Below are positions 1 to 14,200 of a stretch of 64,000 bases of DNA, piece by piece; the first letter of the stretch is position 1; the number at the start of each line of letters is the position of its first letter. The notes under the pieces were generated by a model. It did not search any database. It was not told the DNA's origin and saw nothing but the letters and a program-made list of their open reading frames with translations. Location of the stretch: positions 1,829,791 through 1,893,790 of the forward strand of contig BFEA01000017.1 in NCBI GenBank assembly GCA_003427395.1. Reading direction: 5' to 3'. The DNA is from Chara braunii. Taxonomy: Eukaryota > Plantae > Charophyceae. The translations under genes and the position numbers were made by a program.

Positions 1-1191
1 AGTTGTCTCCACCATGAATGCATTACCCATCATATCTGTTTTGCGAGCGAAGCCGCAGCATGTTATCTAGTGTATCTGAATGATCATCAAAACCATATTT
101 TCGTAATTTCTCAATTTTTCTGCATACAGTCTTACTAGCAATCTCTCCACGATTGTTTCGTCCTGAAGAACTATTGCGAAATTATTTCACACAATTGCAT
201 TTCTCAATTTGTTGGAGGATAGATCCACGGGTTTTATGAAATGATGATTTTTTTCCTTCCACTTTGCTGCATATTTCTTGTGCAAAATCAAAGAAGCCCT
301 TTGAACATTGTGCAGTTTCACACACTGCATTCACGCCCAAGCTTCTGTCCCACCTTGCAGACGATCACGATATACTCGTTGAATCTCTAGGAAACTTGTA
401 TTTGCTTCCCTCCCTGCCATCTGCAGCTCTGAGACTCCATCCTCAGATCTGCAGCGTTCTGTGTTTGAATGATCACAACCTCGTGGGGCAGCTGCCACAT
501 TTCCCCCCAAGCTTTTGTCACGTTTTCCACGAAGAAACAACAGTACACCCCTTGATTGTCAGGAGGAACCTTGCATTTGTTTCCTGATGATTATGCCGCA
601 ACCTTCTCCTGTGGCCCTGATAGCTCTCAGGAAGAAGCAGAGTGTATCCCTTGACTGGCTAGGAATTTTGCATTTGCTTCGTGGCGATCATCGCACCATC
701 ATCTCCTGTGCCATAGTAGCCCTCAAAGCCCCATCTTATCTGGAGCTGTCCACATTTCATATGGATGATCATGACATCGGCAGTTGCAGACACCAAATTT
801 CCCCTCAAGTTTTCTGTCCAAGCATACATTATTTTATCATACCGGTGACATACCCCTTAAATCCCCTTTTGTTTTTGTTTTTCTTTTTTTGTCTTCCTTC
901 GTGAGGAGTTTGGCCCGGGGCCTCATCGTGTCAATCGTTGAAATTTGAATGCATCATGATTCGAACTCACGACCTGTTTATGAACACTTCAGTTATTCCT
1001 TGAATGCATCTCTGAATGAGTGCGTGTACCATTCAGCCGCATGGGCCAGGTGTAGCACATTATACCCATTGAATCTCTAGGAGCAATCTCTAGGAGGCTT
1101 GCATTCTTCCACCTGCCTGTGCTCCTCTGTCGCTGCTTGGTTTGATTTGGACTGGTGTTTGTCTACTGGCCGTTGTGACTTCCTGTGACAG

Positions 1192-1287
1192 GACGACAGC
1201 TATTCCCACCGCATGGTGCACCAAACACTTCTGGCAGTTGTACCAAGCTGGCTGGAACATTCACATGACATCTCTACCCTCCTCAAG
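1192..1287 (+). CDS. UTP10: UTP10 exon (first in window): [32 protein letters not shown]
   Basis: cag acceptor, gtaagc donor, 96 nt; DDSYS motif typical of HEATR1. Confidence 0.85.
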
Positions 1288-2451
1288 GTAAGCGTTTATC
1301 AAGTATGTGTAATGGAATCGGTGATGATACTGCGATGAATATAATTGGATATTCATTCTACGTCTAGGTCAGACGGAGTCTAGTGACTTGGCATGACAGT
1401 TAGCCTAGCGAGCTGAACCTGGTCGTAATCCTGGCAAATATTCCTGGCAAGCAGATGACAGATCTGAAGCCTTCAACAATAGCCTGCTCAGGCAAATAAT
1501 AAGAGTTGAACCTGGTCATAATCCTGGCAAATGCATGACAGATCTCGGCAACAAGAGCCTGCTCAGCATAGCGAGCGCATGACAAATCTAGAGACATAGT
1601 TGTGATAGGAACAGTAAGTAATGGCAGAAGGATATCATCAGTTGAGGCAATAACTGCAGGCGCTCGCTGCACTACACAGCACTCTACATGTATCTGGAGG
1701 TCGTAATCGTCCCGCCCAATTCAAAATATTGAACTCCTTCGAATGCACCTGGTCCAGAAAGGAGTACAAATGCATGTACAATGTTTAACTGGCGGTAGTG
1801 GAATGAGGCCCACAACCTCAAATATTGGGATTTGCCACTTGTCAGGCCGTAAAAGTTATGATGAGAATCAGTAATTAAGATCGGCAGCAAGTTGTCAGTT
1901 AGGCAGCAAATATAGCCTCGGCCGTTGAGTAATGTTATGGCACCCACGTAAACTCTCCTACATCGCAAGACCTTAAACCACTAGTACCTTTGGCGTCCGG
2001 TTTCGACAAGTTCTTGCCAGCTCCCGAACTTTCAGGAGGCCGAGCCCGACGTTGATCAATCTGATCGGCGACCGTCGTTTCGTTTCGGCCTCCTGAAAGG
2101 GCCGAGGCCCGCTATTTTCCGAACTGACAAAGGTACTAGTGGTTTAAGCGAAACACTCAAGACAGTTGATGTTACACTCTAGGGAAAACACTTCCATCGT
2201 TTTCGCACTAAGGGCCAGGTCCCACTGGTGCTATGTTTGTGCCTCGAAATCATGAACCTGGTCGTAATCATGGTCATGTTCATGCTTTGCTAGTGTGAAC
2301 ATAGCACCGATGGTTCCTGCCACTGGGAGTCTGACAGAATCGGGTGACTGTGATACCAGCTAGCATAGTGATTACGTTGACCAATCAATGTGCACCCTCT
2401 CATCTGAAATCAGTTGGTAGACTCCTGCCCGCAGCCACCCCGCCCCCCCCC

Positions 2452-2490
<39 letters not shown>

Positions 2491-5400
2491 GTCAGATCAA
2501 CCATTAAGAAAGGACATTGCAAAAGCTTGGGAGTGTGACTCTCTCATCCTCCCTCTTGGGCTGCATATTGTTCTCATGTCCACTTGAATGCATTGTGCAT
2601 TGACGATTCGGGGATATGACTCCTTGTATACTATCGCAGTTGTTATTTCCACTGTGATGCACTTAGTGCATGATGCATTGATTCGTAGTCTAAGCTTCAT
2701 CGTTCTGTGTAATTTAAACTTAATTTTCATTGAGCATTCACGGGATGTGGAGTGTTGGATGTTCGTTTCTTATTGGAGAACCTGTGAGGCTGTGTGCTGA
2801 AGCATCTGATTCAGATTGTCCCTCAATTCATGCAGCTCGTTTTGGAGATGCCCTCTACTTGAACACGTTCTGATCTGGGATGTGGGTTGTCCTTTCTTAT
2901 TTAGTTTCTTTTTCACAATAGTTTGGTCTGTTTCTTAATCTGTGCATGTCACCCTTGCGCAGCGGCCAGTCAATCGTCTCTGTATCGTTCTCTGTATCGT
3001 TCCGATTTTAACGAATGGCGTGAAGCACTGGGATGTGGCTTGTCTGACCACTGGGCGAGAGCTATTTTTGTGGCCAGGAAAATTGTTTGATGATCTCTTT
3101 CAGGCAACAATGTTGAGCATCGAGCGCATGGACCTAGAATGAATGAAGGAAGGGTCTTTGATCTTTTGTAACAATGTAAAGTCCATTTTGTCATATGTGC
3201 ACACTGCATAGGGATAATCTTTTGTGAAATCCAACTTTTGTGTAGCTACTATGATTCTGAGAATTTCTGACAATTTTTATGATTTTTTTTAGTTAGAAAA
3301 TTTTAATCTCTTTGCATTCGGGATCGCTGGGTTGTGAGATCCAACTTTTGTGTAGCTACTATGATTCTGAGAATTTCTGACCATTTTTTTTTCTTCTTAA
3401 AATCTCTTTGCTTTCGGGATCGCTGGGTGTCTCTGCAGGTTTTTGTGGAGGCACTCCCAAGGGTCCCAGTTCACCGCCGTCTTCCTCTGGTTGTCAGTCT
3501 CCTGAGGTGAGAATGCTCTCCATGCCTTGCATAACTGTTACAGTTTTTTCCTTCCCCTGGACTGAGGAGGTTTGGAAAAACAAGCCATCGTTTGGAGGAC
3601 AGGTACTGGGCAAGATGGGTCACCCACGCGGTCTGATGATTGTCGCTGTACCTGTCCTCCAAACGATGAGTTAGAAAGGGCGAAAGGGAAACTGTCCTCC
3701 AACCCTGTGACAATCAGACCATGTGCAGTTTCCCTTTCGCCCTTTCCTCAACCCTTCGACAATCAGACCACGTGCAGTTTCCCTTTCGCCAGGAAAAATT
3801 GACAAAACACTCTCACATGACTAGTAGAAGCACACCATTTGTTCGAGGCTAGGAAGCACACCATGAGTTAGAGGCTAGGAGGCGTGTAGGTTTGTTCAGT
3901 CTGTTGGCATATATAAGAGATTGAAATGACTGACTATATGCTAAGCTTCATAGGAGATGACATGGGGGTGATAAGAATGGCTGGGAACAGCCCTTAGAAG
4001 GGAAGTATCTAGCAAATTCATGACTTTCCAACATTGCCGGTGGAAAAGGAACCGGGCTGAGGCCCCTTTAGAAGGGAGAGATGGAGCCAGGCCCATGAGG
4101 ACCTGTTTTCTTTCTTAAATTTGTTATTATTATATTATTATTATTGTTATTATTATTATTTTTGAAAAAGAAGAAAGGAAGTATGTAGAAATGGGCTGCA
4201 TAGGGGATGTGGGGTGGTGAGAGAAGTAAGTGACGAGCGTCACAACAACTTGGTAGATGGATTGAAAGGCCGGCTCTGGGCGTGGGGTGCTGAATTTAAG
4301 GTTTCATTTCTGCATGACAATCCCTGAAAAGTTGGATAGCTTTTTTTTTTAGGGGGGGGGCAGGGCGGCAGGGGGACTATTTCTCGATTTATGTGTGTCA
4401 TCCTTGCACAGGGGCCATGCTACTCTTCTCTGTATCGTTCCAATTTTGAACGGATGTCCTGAATGACGGATGGCTTTATTTTGGACATTCCTATGATGAA
4501 TGTGTTGTCGGACGGCTATTCACGTCAAGGTCGCGGTGGGCATTTCTATGCCTTTCGCAGGAGAAAGGGCGAAAATAAAACTGCACGTGGTCTGATTGTC
4601 GCAGGGTTGAGTAGCGGTTACCTTGTTTTGCTGGCAGTTATGAAGGGCACCTACATTCCCGATGGTTGTGATTGCGTTTTTCCTGTGCTTGCCTTCGTTC
4701 GGAGCGTACAATGGCAGACATGCACAAGCGTTTTGAAATGAAGAGGGAGCAAGGGAGGGGCTGCAGGGTTCTTCTATTTAGCCTCGTTTTGCTTATGATG
4801 ACCCCTCAGATCTCGGAAGATGAGGCTGCACTGACACGTATGACTACATTACTGGCCATTGCTGTATCCGCCATCTTGCTGTGGATCATGCGTGGTCTTT
4901 ATGAAACTGCCTCCTTGCCGTGTCGCGGTATTGTTAGGAAGTGGGTCCAAACAACCTTTTGGGCAGTAGAGGGACTTCCTCCCTTCGCACTGACCCCTTT
5001 CCAAAATCAAGTCACAAAGCATAGACCCTTTTGCTTCCAGGGTTGCATGTTAGGGTCAAAGAGTGCCACCGCAAGTGGGCTTCACATGACCCTCTAATAC
5101 CCTCATATGTAAGTTTGACTCTGTTATAAGCCTGCGTGTTCGCCCATGAAAGCAACAGAATGGCCTGTATGACCTGAAAACTGATCTTCAAACCCCATCC
5201 AAAAGCTGACCTCTGTCAGGCCATGGATTTGCATCTGGCCACACGCATGTGTGCGGCTTGTAGGCAGTGTCAGGGAGAAGGAAAAGGTTGGTAGGAATCG
5301 ACTGACCGAAGGATCCCGACCGGGATCCTCATTGTCCGTGGCATCGTGAGGGCAAACTCTCACACGAGGACTGTTCTGAATGTATCTGGCTGTACCTAAA

Positions 5401-8400
5401 GCGGATTTAGTTGAGAAAACCTCAAGGCGGGTGGGTATACCCAAAGTCTGTTCTAGGAATCTTATCTTTCAGATTCTTTCTGCTAAAAACCGAGGGCGAG
5501 CATGCCCAAAGTCTGTGCCAGTAATCTCGTCTTTCTGCTAAAATGAGTGTGCTGAATGGAACTGTATGATTTGCGTGCATGGCTGTGAATGACGAGAAGG
5601 GCCTTCCTGTTATGCTCCACCGACTGTGTAATCTTATCTTACTGTTTACTACTGTTTAATCTTGTCTTTCTGCTAAAAACAGAGGGCGAGGATGCCCGAA
5701 GTCTGTTCCAATAATCTCGTCTTTCTGCTGAAATGAGTGCGCTGAATGGAACCGTATGATTTGTGTGCAGGGCTGTGAATGAGGAGAAGGGCCTTCCTGT
5801 TATGCTCCACCTACTGTTTGATCTGTACTTGTCAGGGAAGGCGAAGACAGAGTCGCGACCTTCTGTGCTCGACGAGGACGATGATGTTGAGAATGAGGAT
5901 GAAGTGATGGTGGAAAGAGGAGATGGCAGTGAGTGGGTGATGGACTTTGCTGATCTATTGTGCAAGCAGGAGGGTCCAAGATTGCGTCTTCAGGCTCTGG
6001 CAAAATTACTACATGAACATGGATTGAAGTCGGTGATTGCATCAAGCGAGAACAAGGGAATGGTTGAGCGTAAATTGGATGCAGGTGAGAGGAAGGGTGG
6101 AGGAGAGGAGGAGGAGGAGGAGGAGGAGGAGGAGGAGGAGGAAGAGGAGGAGGAGAGGAAGAATGTTGACTGGAGGATGCAGGGGCTGATGATAGGTTTT
6201 GTTGCGGAGCAACTCCGAGCACGTGCCTTCTTGACAACAGGCGAAGTCGCAACAGCAGAGGAGTCACTTCTGCAGGTCAGTAGGCAAACCTTAGTTCCTC
6301 GTGAGGGCCTATAAGGCGAGACGGTGATTATATTGCCCCGGATCCCCTGTGGTCACTTTCACTGTCTTTGATTTCCACCACTCAGTGTCTGAGGGGTCTC
6401 TGACTAAGAGTTTTTCTTTTCTTTTCTTTTTTCTTCCTTCCTGGATTCCTTCTTGATTCTGTATTTCAGCATTTCAACAGTTCAGAGGTGTACCAACTAA
6501 GGTAGGCCCGTTGGTAGAGTAAGACTTTTTGAACTGACCTGCAGACGTAATTTCAGTTTGATACATCCAGCTGCGGCCGTAATTGCAGCCATATAGTTAG
6601 AAAACAGGTCATGAGTTCGAGTACACGAAGGTTTGGGCAGATCTTGTTGAAGGAAAAAGAAGGAACCGAAAGAAGGGACAAAAAGGGAAAACATGTCCGT
6701 GTTCTTAGGTCATGAGATAAAGTGGCCTGCCTGGGCCTCATCAGGCTTTGAGGTACTTGTCGTTTGGGTAAGCGCACAGTGATGGCACATACGCCATTGT
6801 GACTGCGACTGGTTCATCAATTGTGTCGTACTGATAGCATCGTAACTGTGATTTCTTAGGTCATGAGATAAAGTGGCCTGCCTGGACTGCAAGGGCGCTC
6901 AGGGCCTCATGATGCTGTGAGGTACTTGGCGTTCGGGTAAGCGCACACCGATGGCACATACACCATTGTGACTACGACTGGTTCGTCGATAGTGTCGTAC
7001 CGATAGCGTCGTAAGTATGATTTCTTAATAAGAGTGTGTATTGTAATTCTATACCGGGGTTTGTGACTGTGTCACCTGGCCCGGCACAGTGCAGGTGTTC
7101 ATGTTGTAATTCTATACCAGGGTTTATGACTATGTTACCTGGCGCTGCACACCGCAGGTGGTCATACCAGGCCACGCCCGGGCAAGTTCCTTCGCCAGGT
7201 CCTGAGCAGCTCTAGCACAAAAAAAATTAGAAAAATATAAGAAAAGAAATGAAAACTAAACTTGGGTGTCTTGTGTATGAAGGTACTATGACCCGAGTAC
7301 AAACGATGTTTGGCTAAGGGTCACTTTGGTGCTCCTTGGAACGAATTCATAAATCATTTCAACAAAAGATTACCAAGCATTGGATCCTGAATGAACTCCA
7401 TTTCAAGGTGATGAGATAAAATATTCATTGTTCAAGCAAAACTAAACTATTAGTCTATTAGTGAGTAGCATGAAGAAAAATGAATTAGTTAAAGAAAGCT
7501 TAAGAAACATACAAGTTTCCTGCGTTTGAAAAGGAATCACTGGAATCAAAGCAAAATTTTCCAAGGAATCACTGGAATAAAAGCAAAATTTTCCAGTGAA
7601 TTAAAAGTAGCTTTTCGAGACGATGGGAATGTCCAGCCGTGACTTCAAATCTCTCCCTGGCACATGCTGGCCTCATGTAAAGCTGGACTCTGCTGCAGAA
7701 TCCAAGCTCTAAGATTCCCAGTATGAACTTAACTTGTTTCCTGTTTCAATTTCATCATTTCAGGACGTCTCTGTTTTCATTCATTCTCTCTCTCTCTTTT
7801 GACGCTCCTCTAAGTGTGCGTGAATTGTGTCGTTTTACTTATGACTGGTGTTTTCTTTTGTCTTTTCCAGAAGATGGGAATGGCCAGCTGCTGCTTGTTC
7901 TTCATGTGTCCTCTCTTTTTTTTTTTTTTTGGAATGTTCTTCATGTGTTCTGTAAGGGGATGGAAAAGGGATGTCGGCTATGAACCCGCTGAAGTTTTGA
8001 AGTTTGAACTCATCATGCTGAGAGCTGAAGGGTGTTTGCAGTTATTAGCCCAGTTGTGAAATTTTTAGTTGGTTAACTGTTTAGGATGCTCTCCTGCTGT
8101 TGGTTTACCATGTTTTTTTTTTTTTTTGCAGGAGTTCTTTGTCGAGATCTTGGAGCATGTGATGGTAATGGTGACAGCTGGCAGCAAGTACAGGGCCCGT
8201 GGGAGGAACAATTCAGCATATCATGTGAGTGCGGAAGGTGTCTACCATGCAGTAATGCACAGCTTTGAAGCAATAAAACACAACGAATCTGTCCTTAGGG
8301 AGATCCCAAAAAAATGGAACGAAACAGAGAAGATTAGCATGGCCCCTGCACAAGGATGACGCACAAAAATCGAGAAATGGTCCAAATTAAAAAAGGGAAG

Positions 8401-11257
8401 AAAGAAAAAAGCACCATGGGTGGGGTGCTCAGAAGCAGGCCCCTCCCTTGCTTAGGCGGCCAGCGCCACAAGGGGTAGGCAGACCCACTTTTCTTGTCTG
8501 TCTCTCCCCTTTAATCTTCTGTATAAACATGCTTGCCGGTGATAGGCAACCGGACTGATGCCCCCCAGATCAGAAGGGGCTTTTGTTTGTTTGGAAAAAA
8601 AAAAAAAAAAGAATCCACTAAGTAGAGTCAGTGCTCACCATTTAGGTGGCGGGTTGCACCGGCCTTTCTGCGTGCCAATTTTCCTCTCCTTCCCATTGGT
8701 TGTAGGCCAGGTGGCCATGTTTTACAGTAGGAGGGTACGCAGTGTTGATGTCATGTATTGTGTCAGGCAGCAGCCTCTTATTGCTTTTGCTGAAGACCCA
8801 GCGGTGCGAAGGCTGTGTTTTCATCAGGCGGCAGCCCCCATTACGAACCGCCATGGCTGTGGTAAAGCGGGGGGGAGGAAATGGGGTGCCTACTTCTTCG
8901 CGCTTGGCGATTCCCCCCCCCCTTCACCGGAAGAAAGAAAGCGCCGTGCCGTTTTCGAAAGTGCAGCTTGTCCGTTCTGTCAAAAAGAAAGGAAAGGGCC
9001 GTGTGCCAGAGCCCAAGGCCAATACAAATGAGCTAAAGGGCCAGTTGGGCAACCACCCCCCAGGGAGATGCAAAGCCCAACCCGCACACGAATCAGAGTG
9101 GCCAGCCTGACATTGTTTATCTCTGTGCAGTTGTTTAGACGTAGCCGTTCCAGCCCCTGTCTACGCATGTGCACATGCGCCATTAAGGCACACGGGGATG
9201 TGGGCAGCTTGCGCTTAACCACAATCGGTGTGGACAGGCTTGTACATGAGAGGCACTGTAGTAAAAGGGACCCTGCAAGAATAAATAAAAGGGGTACTCC
9301 AGAAAAAGCCAAACTGAAGATGGTAAAGAAAGGGATATACAGATCTATTGTGCTCCATGTTGCTTGCTGTAGAGGTTAAACTGTTTCATTGTTGGAATGA
9401 CTCATCTCAAGTGCGCTTTTTCTATGGCTGCTTGGATTTCGGATAAATCGTCTCGGTGGAACCTGTTGTGGCGAAAATCTATAGAACAAAGCTGTTGTCG
9501 TGAAAATCTATGGAACAAGGTGTGGTGAAAATCTACAACACATCCACACACACTCCGACGAAACAGCCCGGCGCAGTCTTGCTTTTTTTTGTGGAGCTGT
9601 GTAGTGAAGATGACAACACGCCCACACACACACTTGGGATCCATCCCGGCTGTCGCTTGTCCGCCGGCAGGATCAGTTGCGAGCAAAATTTCCAGAAAAC
9701 TGCGTGATGCTGCGCTATGACGACCCGTCTGATGTTCAGCTAGCATGCCATTGGCATTCTTTGTGTCACTATGAGGGCATATAGCCCATGGGCGTTCTCG
9801 TCTTCGTACGTATGACGACAGCCAACATTGTACGCATGTGCAACACCCCTGAGTGGCATGACCAATTTGTAGGCAGCGGCTGGAGATTGGCCCCTTATTC
9901 CGGTCTCTAGCAGTCCTCTCTGCCAGTAACTATCGAGGAGCCAGTGGCGTTCCTCTTTCTCCTGTTCTTCTCCTCCTTCCACTATCCACCTTTCCCTCCG
10001 TTCCGTTTCTCCCGATGTGAAACTACTGAATGCACACAATGAGCATAAATAAGAGAATGACAAAATATAAGGCGCAGGCGTGCTGAAAGGCAAACGGGTC
10101 TGTACACATCCCGTGCTTAAGTACACTTGCACCTGTCAGAATATAACAATGCGATGGCATTTTCGTCAAATCATTAGTTGACCTTGTCTCAAAGCGCGAT
10201 GTGGGTACAGCGTTGGATGATGGGCTCGGTGTACGAGGGGAGAGGGAGGGGCGGAAAAAATACCAGATCAAGACCAGATCAGACCTTCAGGAAACAGGAA
10301 TGGAAATGGCAGTAAATCATGTATGGTCTCTTCCATGCATCATTGTTTATTATGTATGCTATAGACTAACCAACCTTGTGTCCCGTGTGAATGTCTACGG
10401 TTGTGTAAACACGTTTTTCTTGTGCAGGAGGCTATGGATGGGCTTTACAATTTGCTTAGCGTGCTCCATGAAGTGATGCCTATTCATGCTTATATCAAGG
10501 GCATTACTTCTCTCATTAAGCTTGAGAGCAGCAGTATTCGACAAAAGGTAGTTGGTTGGGTGCCATGGATAAAATCACTCCCGAAAATCACCGCATCACA
10601 GTGTGGCTGTCGCAGTTTGATCTCACCTTTTTTTCTCTTCCTTTTTCCTTCTCTCTGCCTCAATAGAACCCGCCACTCGAGAAAAGCTGGGATGAAATAC
10701 ATGTTTTTGCTTAAACGACCGGTACCCCGTCCATGAATCTCACACGCACGCACCCACCAGGTATAATGTGGTGCCACGGAAAGGTTCGACCTACCTGGAC
10801 CAAAAAGCCCCGCGGTGCCCGGTGGGCCCTTGCCTGCGACGGCTTTGAAATTTAGGAGTGGGTGAAATCATTGAAATGTGTGTTGGAAAGAAAAGGCCTG
10901 GAGGTGCTGGTGGTCTTAGGGGTGCGTGGGGTGTGATTTTTTTTTTTTATAAATAATTTTCATTGTGGCTTGAACTGGCTTCTATGTGTTGTCTCCGCTT
11001 TTGTTCCCTATGGGCACCTATGGGTAAATGGCTTTTCTTTTTCCACGTTCTTCAGAAGCTCTTCTTGTTCTTTGTTTTTGTCGTCGCCTTTCATTGTGTC
11101 CTTTCTTTCTCAATGCCAAGGCATCCACCAAATGCATTATTTTGGATATAGCAGGGCCCTTCACTACTTCTCATTTTGACACAATGAACAAAATCATACC
11201 ATAACGAAGTCCCGCTTGAACCACTGATGTATGATATCGTTCGTAGGTGGGATGAGA

Positions 11258-11293
<36 letters not shown>

Positions 11294-14200
11294 GGGAGGG
11301 GTACCTAGCCTTACAGAATCATTTAAGGGGTTGAAGTCGGAGCGTATGATCTCTTTATTAACAAATGTCTGTCTGTAGTACTGTGTTCTATCCAACCAGA
11401 GGAGAAGGAAAGCTGACTGTGATCTTTTCTGGATTTTTTTATTTTTTTGTTTGCCGCGCAGGTGTTATCCATGTTTGCGCTAACTTTGAAGGAGCAAGAG
11501 AAGGAATCTCAGTCAAGGCGGAGGCGAAGAAACCGGCTTGCACAATCGGAACAGGAAAGAGAAGCCGAGGGGAAACTCTATACTTCCTTGGCTGCTGACA
11601 TTGCTAAGCTTCTGCATGGCCCGAAAGCAGATTCGTCGGTGGCAACGAGACAGGTGTGCCTCCCTTCATCGAACTCCTCATTGTTCAAAGCCACAGTCAA
11701 TCTGTTGCTGCCAATCTGCTTGCTTCTTGCGGTTTCTCGGAATAAAAATTCTACTGGTTTGGTTGTCCTGTTCATTTAGTAAACGACGTTCATCCTGTCG
11801 TGTGCCTGCAGATGGAAAGCAAGGCGGTCACAGCTGCCATATCTGCTGCACCCCGCCTCCTCCCCCCCCCCCTTCCCCCGTTTGTCTCCCTCTCCTCTGC
11901 CCTACCCACCCACTCTCCCAAGTCTCATGCTTCAGTTCCGCAGGCACGGACAGACGACATGGTGAGGAATGCGACCTCCGCAACATGTCCGCATGTTTGG
12001 AATCTTCAAAAATGAGATTGCTTACTAGTTCCAGTCAATCCAATCTTAGTTAGTGGTGCAGGGAATGCATTGAATTGCCAATTGGGCAACCAATCTTTTT
12101 TTTTTTTTTTTTTTTTTTCAAGTACTGTCAGGTAACTACTCTATATTTTTCTTTCATCATATCTCCCACTACCTACCTATCTACCTACGTCTATCGCTTT
12201 GTCCATTTCTTTTGCTGCAGGGAGCTTGTGCCCTAAGGACAGTAGTCCACATCTATGCACCGAAGCTGGGCCTGTCCCCTTCGGGTTGGTCCTCAATTCT
12301 GCTCTGTGCGGGGAGCAGTACCCCCGCCTCTAACCCTTGGCACGGGATGGAAGGCCGGCAACAACCCACCACTACCTGCCAGGGGGAGCAAAGCCATCTA
12401 TCTCCGCTGGTGAACCCGAAGCGTGCGGCAGGAGGGCATGGGGAGTGAAATGGATGACATGGGAATTGAGCCCACAACCTCCCGAATGCCACTTACGTGA
12501 TCTACCAACCGAGCTAGTCCGCTTGGCCCGCCAATCTTAGCTTAAACTTTAAGACTATATTTATTTCCCTCCTCTGATTCCGTATGGATTTGAACTCGAG
12601 TCTGTTTGTCAACAGTTCATGGGTGTACCATTCAGCCAAACGGGCTGTGTACTTATGGATTATATTATACATACCAGGGTTGCCAGGCCGAACGTACGGA
12701 GGCCCCTAAGCTGACCCCCGAACGTGGGGCGTTCGGGTCCTCGTATGGGGCCCGAACCTGTGAAGGGGTTCGGACCCCACAAAAAAATATTTGGCACCTA
12801 AAAATTTATTTTTTTTTCTGGATTTTTTTTGGTGAGTTCTTTGTGATGTAAGGTATGTCCCTCTTAATTTTGAAGCTATTCTGTTGAGCCAGAAAAAAAA
12901 AAACAATCAGCAAAGATGGTGGTGTCAAAACTTGCTTGCCCACTCAGTAATTTGTTTTTTCTCTCTTTTCACTTTTTGGTTTTCCTTTATTTCGGGGCAT
13001 GAAAAAAATTATTATCTTTTCAAACTTTATTTGTAGATTCTCTAATAATCTCTATCATGTAAGATACACATGCATAAATTTTCATGGCATTTGTCACAGC
13101 CAAAAAAAAAAAAAAAAATCGCCAAAGCTGGCGGTGTCAAAAACGTGCTCGCCCATTCAATAATTTCATTCTCGTTTTATTCTTTCTATATTTCACTACC
13201 ACTTTTCTGTTAATTTCCGTTTTCCTGACGCCATGTTGTAAACAATGGCTGAATGAAAAGCCTTCAGGTTGGAAGAGCAGTGGAAGAGCTTGCCGAAGCT
13301 TTGCGGCAAACGAACAGTGCACAGTAGAATTGCTTTTGCGGATAATTTTCGGCTAATCAGTGCGCTGTTGACTTGCTCATCTGCAACTTATAACAGAGTG
13401 CATTAGTGGCAATTGAAGTCCTTGCGTGGCGGTTCGGCAAGCTCTCTCGGGAAGTTTTCGTGAAGTGCATCCCAGCAATTGTTGCAAATCTTCATCATGA
13501 AGACAGGTAAGCTGACGTCCTGTTTCTCCACACCTCGGGCTGGGGGAAGGGGGGAAGGGAGGGATCAAACTTCGTTCCTCTGTTTTTTTTTAACTTTTTT
13601 TCCAATTTCCTCCTTATGGAACCCGTAACCCGAAACAAATCCGATGCCCAGGGAGGGATCGAACTTCGTCCCTCTGTTTTTTTAGCTTTTTTTCCAATTT
13701 TCTCCTTATGGAACCCGTAACCCGAAACAAATCCGATGCCCTGCTGCACTCGTCTTATGCCCAAATTTTTCTCCTTCCGATTGTGTGATTTATGTGCAGC
13801 AATTCTCCTCCTCCTCATGCTGAGGTCCAGTGTATTTTGCATATATGTAGGACAGTATTCTGTGTTCATTTGAACGTCCCTGCCGCCCGTCNNNNNNNNN
13901 NNNNNNNNNNNNNNNNNNNNNNNNNNNNNNNNNNNNNNNNNNNNNNNNNNNNNNNNNNNNNNNNNNNNNNNNNNNNNNNNNNNNNNNNNNNNNNNNNNNN
14001 NNNNNNNNNNNNNNNNNNNNNNNNNNNNNNNNNNNNNNNNNNNNNNNNNNNNNNNNNNNNNNNNNNNNNNNNNNNNNNNNNNNNNNNNNNNNNNNNNNNN
14101 NNNNNNNNNNNNNNNNNNNNNNNNNNNNNNNNNNNNNNNNNNNNNNNNNNNNNNNNNNNNNNNNNNNNNNNNNNNNNNNNNNNNNNNNNNNNNNNNNNNN

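Noticed and set aside
6700-6745. Hammerhead ribozyme-like CTGATGA-GGCC...GGCC on the - strand
   Set aside because: The required GAAA does not follow stem II.
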